Virus record (IMG/VR): IMGVR_UViG_2636415645_000002
Span: 1-64,000 of that record
Direction: 5' to 3' (one strand)
From: a virus
Taxonomy: Duplodnaviria > Caudoviricetes
DNA: 64,000 nucleotides
Part shown: piece after piece, positions 19,763 through 29,457 of the stretch
Position numbering within the stretch: position 1 is the first letter of the stretch
Layout: each line of letters opens with the position of its first letter
Program-made: the position numbers and the translations under genes
The notes under the pieces: model-generated
What the model was told of the DNA's origin: nothing
Seen by the model: only the letters and a program-made list of their open reading frames with translations
The model's database searches: none

Positions 19763-20103
19763 GTGAGCGTAGAGCTGGCCCCAGTCGAAGGGGCCTGGCC
19801 TTCCCCCGGCGCAGGCTCCGTCACTTCCAACCCAGAAGCGCCCATAACGGCTTCGAGTGCGTCGCGGAAATTGCGCAGGTCAAGCAGCCCTGATACTTCC
19901 TGGCGATCCATGTCAGGGTAATTTCGACGGAGCGCGGCGTGCGTGGCATCGATCACCGTGGCAATCGCATCCTTATCCATGTTTCCGGCCATGACGCGGT
20001 TGATCCGCTCCAGCAACTGCTCCAGATCGCCCAACGCCAATGGCGGAATAGTCAGTGTCTTACCAGGAAACTGGAAGTCCACACCGGGGATATTGACGGT
20101 CAT
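19759..20103 (-). CDS. Tail assembly chaperone (gpG-like)
   Basis: Position between major tail and tape measure genes. Confidence 0.75.
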   Translation of the reverse strand: MTVNIPGVDFQFPGKTLTIPPLALGDLEQLLERINRVMAGNMDKDAIATVIDATHAALRRNYPDMDRQEVSGLLDLRNFRDALEAVMGASGLEVTEPAPGEGQAPSTGASSTLT

Positions 20104-20855
20104 TCGCTAGAACTCCAGTAAGCGACTTCGCCGAACTCATCCGCGTAGCCGGTGAATTCAAAGTCAGGAATGGTGTAATCGTCCTGCTTGGTCGAAAGAC
20201 TCAACTTGTTGCTGACGAAGTTGGGCACGCGGACGTAAATCGACTTGCCTTTGTATTTCAGATACAGCTCACCCTGGAACACCGGCATATCGCCCATCGG
20301 CAAGTTGCGCACGGAAAGGCTCTTGCCGGTGGCGACCGAGTAGCGGTAATCGATAAATACCGGCACGCCTTCGTCCGCAGCGGCGAAAGCGTATTCACCG
20401 GTACCTGAGTCATAGGTGTATTCCCCCTTGGCCGGCGCTGCCAGTACACGGGTGAACGGGGCTGCACCGCCGCCGCGAACACCCAAGTCACCGGCCAAGA
20501 GGCCAGCACCTGGCGGGGTGACGATGATCTTGCCGCCGGCAGGAATATCCTGGGGAGTGGTTGCGTGGTGCACAAGCACCTGGCCGGGCTGGAGGGTTTG
20601 CCCGAACACCAGGGCATTCATTTGCGACAGGCTGATCTGCGCCGCCTTGGCCTTGCCCGATAGCTTGCCTTGACCGCGCGCCGCATCCACGGCGAATTGC
20701 TCGCTACCGAACAGCTCCTTGGAGTCGTACGACAGATCAACCGATGCTTCCTGCATGATGCCCAGTAGGATCGGGGTGGGTGACGCTAGGGCGTTGCCAT
20801 AGGCGTCCATCAGCGGGGTTGCGTAAAACAACCCACTGCCGAATGCAATTTGCAT
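20100..20855 (-). CDS. Major tail tube protein
   Basis: Position, size, and similarity to siphoviral tail tubes (KELFG.....D.ARG). Confidence 0.75.
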   Translation of the reverse strand: MQIAFGSGLFYATPLMDAYGNALASPTPILLGIMQEASVDLSYDSKELFGSEQFAVDAARGQGKLSGKAKAAQISLSQMNALVFGQTLQPGQVLVHHATTPQDIPAGGKIIVTPPGAGLLAGDLGVRGGGAAPFTRVLAAPAKGEYTYDSGTGEYAFAAADEGVPVFIDYRYSVATGKSLSVRNLPMGDMPVFQGELYLKYKGKSIYVRVPNFVSNKLSLSTKQDDYTIPDFEFTGYADEFGEVAYWSSSE

Positions 20856-20865
20856 AATTTATTCC

Positions 20866-21318
20866 TCAGTAAAAGGTGGGGCCGGTGGTCAAGTCGCCGG
20901 TGTTGCACAAGTAGGTGAAGCGATAGCGGACCAGGCAGTTGCCGGCGGTGTTGTCCCCTTCGTCCTCAATCCAGTCGATGTAAAACCGCTGGACCCGGTC
21001 CGCTTCCGGAAACGCATCCTCTGTTGCCAGCACCGCATGTACGGCTACCTTCACCAGGTCAGCCACCTGGTCCCAGGCGGCCCCTGTAACAGTGTCTTCC
21101 CGAGCGATAATTTCTACCGTCAGTTCGAACTGGTTGCGGTCCACGGAAAAGCTTTCCCGCTCAGTAGTTTCAAGGCTGGGCCGCAGCACTAGCGCCGGAG
21201 TCATGTCGCGTGTGATCGCCTCGGTACGGCTGCGAAACACGCGGTCAGCCGCCGGCGTATCGGCAGCCAGGATCAGCGCCTGCGCCTTTGCGACGATGCG
21301 TTCTTGGATCGAAGGCAT
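20866..21318 (-). CDS. Tail terminator-like protein
   Basis: Position and RVFRSR motif. Confidence 0.65.
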   Translation of the reverse strand: MPSIQERIVAKAQALILAADTPAADRVFRSRTEAITRDMTPALVLRPSLETTERESFSVDRNQFELTVEIIAREDTVTGAAWDQVADLVKVAVHAVLATEDAFPEADRVQRFYIDWIEDEGDNTAGNCLVRYRFTYLCNTGDLTTGPTFY

Positions 21319-21321
21319 GGA

Positions 21322-21609
21322 TTAAACCTTGGTGAGTGAGGCCAGGCTGAAGGCGCCGTCATCGATCATCCGGCAGTCACGGACCCGAAAGGCCACGCCA
21401 CCTACGGTGATCAGCTTGGGATTTCTGATACCGAGGCGTTCAGCGTCGGAGGTAATGACAAGGATCTCGTAGCCGGTGGACTGGCTATTGGTGCCGCCCA
21501 TGCCATGGATCTCATCTGGCATGTCGCGTGCCGCCAGAAACGGCTCACCATCGACGGCTCCGCCAACGTCAAAGTCCTCAAGGAAACCCCTGAGGTCTTC
21601 GTCAAGCAT
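21322..21609 (-). CDS. Head-tail joining protein
   Basis: Position; small beta-rich protein. Confidence 0.6.
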   Translation of the reverse strand: MLDEDLRGFLEDFDVGGAVDGEPFLAARDMPDEIHGMGGTNSQSTGYEILVITSDAERLGIRNPKLITVGGVAFRVRDCRMIDDGAFSLASLTKV

Positions 21610-21802
21610 CGGGGCTCACCTTTTGCTTGCGTCCACCTTCACCCACCGGTGCCGGCGATGGCCCGGACACCACGACTTCCAACTGGTGACGAAAGCGATC
21701 TGCCACGTCGTCCGGCAGCTCTACTAAGCCACCTTGGCCGACCAGGCTGTTGTCTGGCCGGCGGAACGAACCTGACAGGACGGTATATGTTTTATTCGGC
21801 AT
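21602..21802 (-). CDS. Hypothetical head-associated protein
   Basis: Translationally coupled ORF in the head operon. Confidence 0.65.
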   Translation of the reverse strand: MPNKTYTVLSGSFRRPDNSLVGQGGLVELPDDVADRFRHQLEVVVSGPSPAPVGEGGRKQKVSPDA

Positions 21803-22040
21803 CGCCGGTCCCTCCAGCTTTGTCCACCTTCACGAGCCGCTGATCCAGCGCCTTGTCCGGCTCACCGGGGATCACGATCACCTCCCCGACTTTGAACTGG
21901 ACGGGCTCCAGAATGGAGTAGCGCCCCTTTTTCTTTTCGACCGGCTCAAGGCAGTGCTTTCGGGCGCTGGCCTGGGCGTCTGTCAGGATCAACTCACCAC
22001 CGTAAAGGGTGATGGTCTCTGTCACGCGGTATTTCGGCAT
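21792..22040 (-). CDS. Hypothetical head-associated protein
   Basis: RBS GAGGA; directly after the capsid gene. Confidence 0.65.
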   Translation of the reverse strand: MPKYRVTETITLYGGELILTDAQASARKHCLEPVEKKKGRYSILEPVQFKVGEVIVIPGEPDKALDQRLVKVDKAGGTGDAE

Positions 22041-22075
22041 ATCAGTGTCCTCGGTGAGGTGGCGGGCCGACCGGC

Positions 22076-23023
22076 TTATGCCACCAACTGGTTAAGGACG
22101 GCGTACTGCCAGCGGCCAAAACCGACGTTGCGCCAGGTGTCGACACCATACTGATGCGCGTCGTTGTCAAACTCGTATTCCGAGCCTTCCGCCTTCGCTT
22201 TCATTGCGACGTCGGTTTCCTGCTGACGGATGAACGCTTTCAAACGGCCATCGGTACGCAGGGTCACGAACTTGTCCTGCCAGGCATTGAGGCGCACGTT
22301 ACCGACCACGCGGACCACCACGTTGTCGGGCATGACAATCTCGTTGATGTTGGTGCCGCGCGGAACGCTCAGCGCGGACTGAGCAACGCTCAACAGGTTG
22401 AACGGCACCATCACCAGGAACTCGCGAGCCAGTTCGTTGATGGGTTCGCCCTGATCATCCTTGAGGCTGGTGAGCTGGGTCACAGACCGGGCAACTGCCT
22501 GTTGGAATTCCTCGACACTCGGTCGGGTTGGTGTGCCATGAACAGCCGCCGCCAGCTCGGAAAGTTTGGTGGTGATTTTGTTCGACTGCACCCCGCTCTG
22601 GCCTTCTTCGTGGTCAACGTCGAAGAAGTACTGGCCGTCGTAGCAGACCTGGGTTTCGCCATTGAGTAACAGTACCGAAAGCAGCCTGGCCCAGTGTGCA
22701 TTCGTGCGGTCGGCCAGCTCGCCGAGGCGGATGCGCAGTTGCCCGGTCTTGTCGCGGCGCAGCTCTTTGACCAGAACCTCAATGGTTGCTTCGAAGTGCA
22801 GGTTTTCGATTTCGAGTTCAGCACCGATGAAGCCCTTGGCATGACGGCCGCCGATCCACTCACGCAGCGTAGGTACCATACCGATCCACGGGTAGGTCTC
22901 TTTGGCCTGGTCGGAATCGAACAGGTTGGACACGGCGTCGATCCAGTTCGACCCCACATTCTGTTCGAGCATTTCGTAAAACATGCCGATGACGGCACGG
23001 CTGGAAAGTACTTCAGCACCCAT
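22076..23023 (-). CDS. Major capsid protein, Mu gpT-like
   Basis: ETYPWIG..P.LREWIG.R and CYDGQYFFD.DH motifs. Confidence 0.85.
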   Translation of the reverse strand: MGAEVLSSRAVIGMFYEMLEQNVGSNWIDAVSNLFDSDQAKETYPWIGMVPTLREWIGGRHAKGFIGAELEIENLHFEATIEVLVKELRRDKTGQLRIRLGELADRTNAHWARLLSVLLLNGETQVCYDGQYFFDVDHEEGQSGVQSNKITTKLSELAAAVHGTPTRPSVEEFQQAVARSVTQLTSLKDDQGEPINELAREFLVMVPFNLLSVAQSALSVPRGTNINEIVMPDNVVVRVVGNVRLNAWQDKFVTLRTDGRLKAFIRQQETDVAMKAKAEGSEYEFDNDAHQYGVDTWRNVGFGRWQYAVLNQLVA

Positions 23024-23078
23024 GGGTGATTCTCCTGAAGAAGGATACGGTCAAAAAAGAAAGGGTTTGGGTGTTGCG

Positions 23079-23495
23079 TTAAGGCGCGACAGGCACTGCC
23101 TGGGCGGCGAACTTGACGATGCCGACGCCAGAGCGGACAAAACGGTGAACATGGCCGACCAGGCTGTTCCCTGCTGCGGTCAGCAGGAATGCGCCGCTGT
23201 CGCTGGCGTAAACCTGCTTGCCGATATCAGCAAGCGCCAGGGCAGCCACGGGCAGTTCAATCTTGCCTTCTTCGCGAAGACGGACGCGCACGGCCGCAGC
23301 GGCGCCGGTGCGGTTGTCGACGCCGCGATCAGCGAAACCGACAAAAAGGTCACCCGCCGCCAAAGGGCGCGCCAGCCCACTGGCAGCAATGATGCCAACG
23401 GCCGACCCTTCGAAGATCTGCACACCGGCGGCAACGGACAAGTCGTTGATGGTGCCGATCTCGTAAGCGCGGGGTGTATCGAGTGTAAGAGGCAT
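23079..23495 (-). CDS. Capsid decoration/cement protein
   Basis: Between protease and capsid genes; DIGKQVYASD motif. Confidence 0.65.
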   Translation of the reverse strand: MPLTLDTPRAYEIGTINDLSVAAGVQIFEGSAVGIIAASGLARPLAAGDLFVGFADRGVDNRTGAAAAVRVRLREEGKIELPVAALALADIGKQVYASDSGAFLLTAAGNSLVGHVHRFVRSGVGIVKFAAQAVPVAP

Positions 23496-23536
23496 GGGAT
23501 TCTCCAGAGCCAGGATTTGAGGGACTTACCAGGTGC

Positions 23537-24886
23537 TTACTTTTTCAGAACCTTGACCAAACCACGGTCGGTGGCCTTGCGATAACCGTGGTAGGCCTCG
23601 AAGGTGCCAAACTCGGCGCGCAGTTCCTTATCGCCGTCCCAGGTCGCTTTGGCGCGCTCTTCCAGGGGCGCCTCTGGATCCTCTTCGGCGGCAGCTGGTG
23701 CAGCCGGTGGCGTGAGTGCGTTGGGTACCGCCGCAGGGGCCTGGCTGCGAATGTCGGCAAGAGCAGTGGCGCGCTTGGACTTTTCGGCACCAATCACCTG
23801 TGCAGCCGCCTCGGCGCCGCTGGTTTTGCCATCGAACTTGAGGCTGGTGATCAGCTCTTCATGCCCGGGCAAAGCCGCCGCCTCGACTGCCTTGATGCGA
23901 TCGCACTCGGCGCGAGCGCCAGCTGCATGTGCGTCATGCTCCAGGCTGGCCAGCAATTCCGCGTGATTCGCGGCCAAATATTCACGGGTGATGGCCGGCT
24001 TGTCGGTGGTTGGAGCTGTTACGGTGCTGCTGTTTGGTGCGGACATGGATCGATCTCCAGAGGGACTGCCGTTGAATTCGGCGATAAGGTTTTCAAGGGT
24101 GGATTCACGGTCGGCCATGCCCAGTTCCACGGCATCCGAGCCAATCCGCATGTCGCCCTGGCCGAAGTCAGCCAGGACGGTTTCAACACTGAGGCCGCGA
24201 TAATTAGCGACGTCCTCGACGAAGATGTCGGTCAGGCGGTCGACGTGGGCCTGTGCGACAGCGCGGCCTGATTCGGTACCGAAGTCCGGCCGCTTTTTCG
24301 GGCTTTGGCTGCTGACGATTTCGAAGCTGCCGTCGTCGCCGCTCTTGCGCACCGTCAACACGGTGCCGATGGATCCCACGGCGCCGGTACGGCTCATGAC
24401 AATTTCATGGGCCGCTGCCGCCATCCAGTAACCGGCACTGGCCGCGTTGCCGGACACATAGGCCACCACCCGCTTGGGAGACGCGCGGATCATCTGAGCA
24501 AACTCAGCGATGCCGCTGGCAATGCCGCCAGGTGTATCCATCACCAGGATGATGGTGTCTGTTCGCGGATCATCAACGGCGGCGGTGAACTCTTTCGCCA
24601 GAACATCCAGTGAGGTTGCACCGGACAACGCCGTAAACAAGTTGGCATAGCGAAACACCGGGCCAGTGACTGGCAACAAGGCAACGTTGCCACGTTGAGT
24701 CACCGCCCGACTGTTTTGTAGGGGCTTGCCCTGCCTGGCTTCCAGCGCTTCTGGGCCTTCATGCTCCCGACGGGCAATGGCGGTGATGGTCTGCAGCATG
24801 TCCGGGGTAATGGCCCAGGGCTCGCGTGACACCAGGTCGAACGCCGTCACCCGGTGCACGGGTGCATCGGTTGGGTTGTCGCTCAT
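23537..24886 (-). CDS. S49 prohead protease with scaffold domain
   Basis: DTPGG, AASAGYWMA and GSIG motifs. Confidence 0.9.
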   Translation of the reverse strand: MSDNPTDAPVHRVTAFDLVSREPWAITPDMLQTITAIARREHEGPEALEARQGKPLQNSRAVTQRGNVALLPVTGPVFRYANLFTALSGATSLDVLAKEFTAAVDDPRTDTIILVMDTPGGIASGIAEFAQMIRASPKRVVAYVSGNAASAGYWMAAAAHEIVMSRTGAVGSIGTVLTVRKSGDDGSFEIVSSQSPKKRPDFGTESGRAVAQAHVDRLTDIFVEDVANYRGLSVETVLADFGQGDMRIGSDAVELGMADRESTLENLIAEFNGSPSGDRSMSAPNSSTVTAPTTDKPAITREYLAANHAELLASLEHDAHAAGARAECDRIKAVEAAALPGHEELITSLKFDGKTSGAEAAAQVIGAEKSKRATALADIRSQAPAAVPNALTPPAAPAAAEEDPEAPLEERAKATWDGDKELRAEFGTFEAYHGYRKATDRGLVKVLKK

Positions 24887-24888
24887 AG

Positions 24889-26499
24889 TTAAGTCCGTTC
24901 AGGTAAGTCGGGATTGGCCGGCGGCTCATTGTCCGGGCGCGCCGTCGGTGAAGCTGAAAGCCCGTCATCGCGCCGGCGCTTCACTTCCAGGGCGCGCTGT
25001 TCGTGGTTTTCCTCCCAGTCGCTGCCGTCGTAGAGCATGGATTCCTTCGCCAGAGTGCTGACGCCGATATCGATCCGCTTCTCGGCGGCGTTGATATCCT
25101 TCAAAGGGTCTACGGTGCCAGGACCATCACCCACCCACAGCGAACCGCAGTAGGCATAACGGAGTAGCGGGTGATCGAAAAACCCAGGGGCTTCGATATC
25201 ACCCTGCGCAATGGCCTCTTCAAGCCAATGCTCGTACACCGGCTGGCAGAAGTGTGAGCCCAGGAAGTCGCGGCAACCGCGAACGAACTGCCACGCTTCC
25301 ATGACGGCTGCACGCGCGGCGGTATAGCTGGCAGTGAAGTGCTTGATCAGCACCTCATAGGGCAATTCCAGAGCCATGCCGATCTGGCGCAGCATCGCTA
25401 GCACGAACGGGTCAAACGCCATGTTTGGCCGGCCTGGGGCCGCAGTGTCGATGGACGCACCGTCGTCCAGCTCGGCGACAATGCCGCCACTAAGTGAACC
25501 GTCCCAGCCACCCTGCTCCCGTCCTGCAGGCCGGTCACCACCGACTGGCGTGTTGCCGGTGGCAGCAGATGCCAATGGGCTCAGGCTGCCGCCAGTCCCC
25601 GGTTTGATGAACACAGCGAAGAACGCCGACACCACCGCTGCTTCCAGCTCGGCATCGGTGTAGCGGTCTAACTGCTTGAGCTTTTCGATCACCGGCGCCA
25701 GATATGGCACGCCCCGCGGCTGACCTACCCGGCGGCGGCGGTACACATGCAACAACACCCGCCCCCCACGCTCGTTGAAGAACGGGCGCTCATCCCATTC
25801 CCGCTCTTTAACGCCCAGCGCACCAGGGTGGCTGCGCAGGATGTGAGCCTTGATCGGCGCGCCGTCGGCATCACGTTCGATACCGGCGGTGAGGGTTTCC
25901 GTATCAGCCTTGCCCGACGGGTTGCAGATCCGGTCGGCTTCAATGAGCTGGATACACGCCGAGTAGTGATGGCCGGGGCGCTCCTTGTGGGTCAACAGCG
26001 GAAACACATCACCGCTGCTCAGTACCGAACGCCACGTCAGATCCTGCAAGCCATAGAAGTTTTGCTCACGGGTGATGTCGCAGCAGGTGGTTTCCGCCCA
26101 GGACTTGAAGAGCGATTCAGTCTTGCGCTGCCACTCGCTGGCCTGATCTTCATCCCAGCCAAGGATCTGGCGATTTACCACGGACTTGAGCGCCAAGCCG
26201 GTACCGACTGTTTTAGTCGTCACCGTGTTGATCGCACCACCGCCGATGGGGTTGTTGCGCTCAAGGTCACGGCAACGCTCGCGAAGCGTGGGCAAGTCGG
26301 GCAGCAAGTCAGCCGCTGCACTGCCGGCGGCGGGGTTCCAGGCACTCAACGAGCGCTTGGCCTTCGACGCGCCGCTGTAACCGCCCAGCGCGGTCATGGT
26401 GAGCCGGGCATGCATGCGCTTGGCGCCGCGTTCAGGGCTCAACCAGGTGATGGCCTTGTCGAGCAGCGTTGGTTCTGGGGCTTTCGGTGCCTGGCTCAT
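24889..26499 (-). CDS. Portal protein, lambda family
   Basis: LRERCRDLERNN, GQPRGVP and DPLKD motifs. Confidence 0.92.
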   Translation of the reverse strand: MSQAPKAPEPTLLDKAITWLSPERGAKRMHARLTMTALGGYSGASKAKRSLSAWNPAAGSAAADLLPDLPTLRERCRDLERNNPIGGGAINTVTTKTVGTGLALKSVVNRQILGWDEDQASEWQRKTESLFKSWAETTCCDITREQNFYGLQDLTWRSVLSSGDVFPLLTHKERPGHHYSACIQLIEADRICNPSGKADTETLTAGIERDADGAPIKAHILRSHPGALGVKEREWDERPFFNERGGRVLLHVYRRRRVGQPRGVPYLAPVIEKLKQLDRYTDAELEAAVVSAFFAVFIKPGTGGSLSPLASAATGNTPVGGDRPAGREQGGWDGSLSGGIVAELDDGASIDTAAPGRPNMAFDPFVLAMLRQIGMALELPYEVLIKHFTASYTAARAAVMEAWQFVRGCRDFLGSHFCQPVYEHWLEEAIAQGDIEAPGFFDHPLLRYAYCGSLWVGDGPGTVDPLKDINAAEKRIDIGVSTLAKESMLYDGSDWEENHEQRALEVKRRRDDGLSASPTARPDNEPPANPDLPERT

Positions 26500-26717
26500 C
26501 GCGGCGTGATCCCACGCAGAACAATCCCCCGTGGCCGGCCGCTTTCCAGGCCATCAACTTGCTTCTGCCAGTAATCGATCGTTTTGGTGATCTCGGCAAG
26601 GTCAGCGTACTCCAGCTGGCGAGTGCCGATCCGGTAGCTTTGCTTCTGGCTGACCTTCATGCTCGCATCGAGCCAGGCTTGGAGCTGGCCCTGCGCTTGT
26701 TCCAGGGTGATAGCCAT
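26496..26717 (-). CDS. gpW-like head completion protein
   Basis: QSYRIGTRQLEYADL; between terminase and portal. Confidence 0.75.
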   Translation of the reverse strand: MAITLEQAQGQLQAWLDASMKVSQKQSYRIGTRQLEYADLAEITKTIDYWQKQVDGLESGRPRGIVLRGITPR

Positions 26718-26719
26718 GA

Positions 26720-28849
26720 TTAATTCCTGCGTTGGGAGAGCACACGCATTGCACTGCGGCGCCCAGAAACAACTCTCCCGCCAGCAGGCGGGAGATCGGG
26801 GGGTTCAACGGGTGGAGGTGATTCAGGGGTCGCCCCTTGGGTTTCGGGATTGGCCTCGGCCTCAGGCCTAACTGGTTCGGGCTGGTCAAACAAACCGCCC
26901 TGGCGGATCTGGGCATCGAGCGCCGCCCAGTCCTGCTCCTGCAGCAGATGCGTTTTCAGGGAGCGGGCTGCGTGCAGCGCGTAGGTTTCACAGTCGGTGC
27001 CTTCGTTCGGCTCGCCGGCCTTCTTCTGCCACACCTTGCGGTAGTGGTGTCGACGGCTGGGAGCCTTCACTTCGGCGGTGATTTGCCGGAAGTAGTCCGG
27101 GCGCACCGTCTTGTAAAAGTGCATCCGACCAGGGCCATCACCCGTCAGCGGCAACCGGCCCTCAATCCACAGGTCCTTGGCCCGCGACGTGCCGACGATG
27201 TAGGGGCGAAGGCCATACTTGGATGCCTTCTGCTCTTTGTCGGTATCGACGCCCTGCCGAGGAGCGCTGAAGATCTCCCGGCGCTCGTCGTCGCGGGTGT
27301 TGCCACGCTCGCTCGCGCCTTTGATCGCCATCACACCACTACGTTGGTGCTTACGACAGAACGCATAAGCCGCGTCCTGGGTGATGGTGCCGTCGGAGGT
27401 GTCGAGCGAAGTCGCCAACACTTTCAACTTGGCGCCGCAGGCGTGAGGAATCGCCGCAAACAGCAGCTTCTCCAGATCCAACCAGACGCCCTGGTCTGGC
27501 AGCACCACTTCGCCGTAGATTTCGCCCCAGTAAAGCAACCAGGATTCCTCACCCCGGCCCCAGGCCCGCATAACCACCGCCAGGCGATCGTGTTGAACAT
27601 CGACGCCGGCAGTGACCACGATTCCGCCCATGGGCACGTACATCTCCGGGTAGTCCTCTGCGCGTTCGGCCAGTTTGTCGGCTTCGGGCAGATCGGATTT
27701 GTACTCGTAGGCACGGCCTTGTTTCTGGTTGACGAACTTGATCAGCAGCGACAGGTTGCCCATGGACGCCTGGTGTTCGGCGTTGAGCTTCTCGCGCACG
27801 ATGTCGGCTAGGCTGGTACCCGGTAAGCAGGCGTACAGCTCATTCAACTCAATGAACCCAGCGCGCCCGGCAAAAGGTTTGGTCGGCACCCAACCGCAGT
27901 ATGGGTCGCCGGCTTCTACCGCGTTGAACACCGTGTTGCGGATGTTCTCTTTACGCTGATAGTCGTCCCAGATCTCGCCGCAGTGAGGGCAACCGTAGCC
28001 GGCAGTCTCAGGATCTGCGCGGCCGTAGATCTCATGAGGGGTTGCTTCTTCCTCAATGTCGAGCCACTTGATATGAGCGAAGTCCAGCACATGCGCCTGG
28101 CCGCAGGAATGGCAGATAACCGGCAGCACCCGGCAATCGGTCTGTGCAAGGCGCGCCTCGGTCTTGCTCGCGCCCTTGATCGCCGGCGTCCCGCCTACCA
28201 GCATCTTGGAGCCGGGATAACGCTTGCCACGCTCTTCCAGCAGGGCGATCGCATCGCCCTGCCCCTTCACATCGTCGCTGGTATCGTCCGGTTCCTCTAC
28301 CACCGATAAACCCACGGAAGACGTGGATTTGACGTTGCCCGGGGAGTTGGACGCGACCAGTTTGAGGAACCCGCCTGGAAAGGTCTTATGGTCCCACCGG
28401 TTGCCCGATGTGCGGCTGACATCCACCGGCATGAGTTTTGCCACCTCGGTGTTCGCGGTGACGCCGAACTTCAGCTTTTCGTCGTGGAAGTTCTTGCCGT
28501 CCTTTTCCTTGGCAAACAGGATCATGATCGGACGCGGCAGGTTGTGGATGAACTTGAACAGGTAGCCGATCAGGAACCACGTCCAGCCGATCTGCGCCGC
28601 TTTCATCAGGTCAACTTCGCTCACCCGAGGGTCATCCAGGGCAGCGGCAACGCCGAGAAAGTATGGCGTGTATTGGAAGTCGTAAAGCCCGTGCAGCACA
28701 CCGCTCTCAGCGGGCAGGTAAAACTCGGTGCTCATGTAATGCGCGGTCGGGATATCACGGGGCGGATTGAATTTCCCCGCTGCTGCCGACAAGCTCCGCG
28801 CCAAGTTTTCGCGCGTAGCCTGCAATTCGCTCGGTTGTAGGTCCAGCAA
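26720..28849 (-). CDS. Terminase large subunit, lambda GpA family
   Basis: MKAAQIGWT Walker A, two CxxC motifs, GVDVQ nuclease motif; start uncertain (overlaps terS). Confidence 0.92.
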   Translation of the reverse strand: MLDLQPSELQATRENLARSLSAAAGKFNPPRDIPTAHYMSTEFYLPAESGVLHGLYDFQYTPYFLGVAAALDDPRVSEVDLMKAAQIGWTWFLIGYLFKFIHNLPRPIMILFAKEKDGKNFHDEKLKFGVTANTEVAKLMPVDVSRTSGNRWDHKTFPGGFLKLVASNSPGNVKSTSSVGLSVVEEPDDTSDDVKGQGDAIALLEERGKRYPGSKMLVGGTPAIKGASKTEARLAQTDCRVLPVICHSCGQAHVLDFAHIKWLDIEEEATPHEIYGRADPETAGYGCPHCGEIWDDYQRKENIRNTVFNAVEAGDPYCGWVPTKPFAGRAGFIELNELYACLPGTSLADIVREKLNAEHQASMGNLSLLIKFVNQKQGRAYEYKSDLPEADKLAERAEDYPEMYVPMGGIVVTAGVDVQHDRLAVVMRAWGRGEESWLLYWGEIYGEVVLPDQGVWLDLEKLLFAAIPHACGAKLKVLATSLDTSDGTITQDAAYAFCRKHQRSGVMAIKGASERGNTRDDERREIFSAPRQGVDTDKEQKASKYGLRPYIVGTSRAKDLWIEGRLPLTGDGPGRMHFYKTVRPDYFRQITAEVKAPSRRHHYRKVWQKKAGEPNEGTDCETYALHAARSLKTHLLQEQDWAALDAQIRQGGLFDQPEPVRPEAEANPETQGATPESPPPVEPPDLPPAGGRVVSGRRSAMRVLSQRRN

Positions 28850-29249
28850 CTTTGGCCACCACTGTTCGATCTACCGTGAGTTTCTGCACGTTCTCGATTT
28901 CCTGAATGATTCGTTCAAGGCCGCCCAGGTATTCCCGGTTTGCGAAGCTGGCCCAGTCGGACAGCACCCGCTCAGCCTCACTTGCCGGGATCAGTGATCT
29001 CAGTTTTTCGTGATACGCCAACCGTCCATTGGCCGACTTCTGCTGCAGGTCATCGATCCGCGCTCTGTTGAGTTGTTCAAGCTGGCTGCCCCCGCGCCCA
29101 GCGGCTTTTCCGCGCAGGTCGCGGATGTAGGCCGTCCGGATCTCATCCAGGCTTGCGGTCTGCCAGTCCAGGTCCAACGCCTTGAGCACATCGCGGGCAT
29201 TTCGCTCGCTCATGTCCAGGTGATCAGCGACTTCACGTTGGGTTTGCAT
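28755..29249 (-). CDS. Terminase small subunit
   Basis: N-terminal HTH (TQREVADHLDMSER); upstream of terL. Confidence 0.8.
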   Translation of the reverse strand: MQTQREVADHLDMSERNARDVLKALDLDWQTASLDEIRTAYIRDLRGKAAGRGGSQLEQLNRARIDDLQQKSANGRLAYHEKLRSLIPASEAERVLSDWASFANREYLGGLERIIQEIENVQKLTVDRTVVAKVAGPTTERIAGYARKLGAELVGSSGEIQSAP

Positions 29250-29313
29250 TGTCTTGTCCTATTGCCGACATGGAAGCGGAACCCCCTATGTCAGGTTGAA
29301 TCTGTGAAAAAGT

Positions 29314-29357
29314 CGGGGTTCGAATTACCCCGTTGGCCCCGGTGCCCGGAAGGACCC
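29314..29357 (-). other. Putative cos site (cosQ plus cosN)
   Basis: GGGTCCT (lambda cosQ sequence) followed ~20 bp later by dyad CGGGGT-AATTCGA-ACCCCG, just upstream of terS. Confidence 0.65.
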
Positions 29358-29457
29358 ATTGATTTCGGGGCACACATGCCCCTGTCAAGCCTAAAACCTT
29401 CCAAGTCATTGGAATATCGCCACTTTTTTGAAAAAAAAGCACGAAACCAACAGGAGG

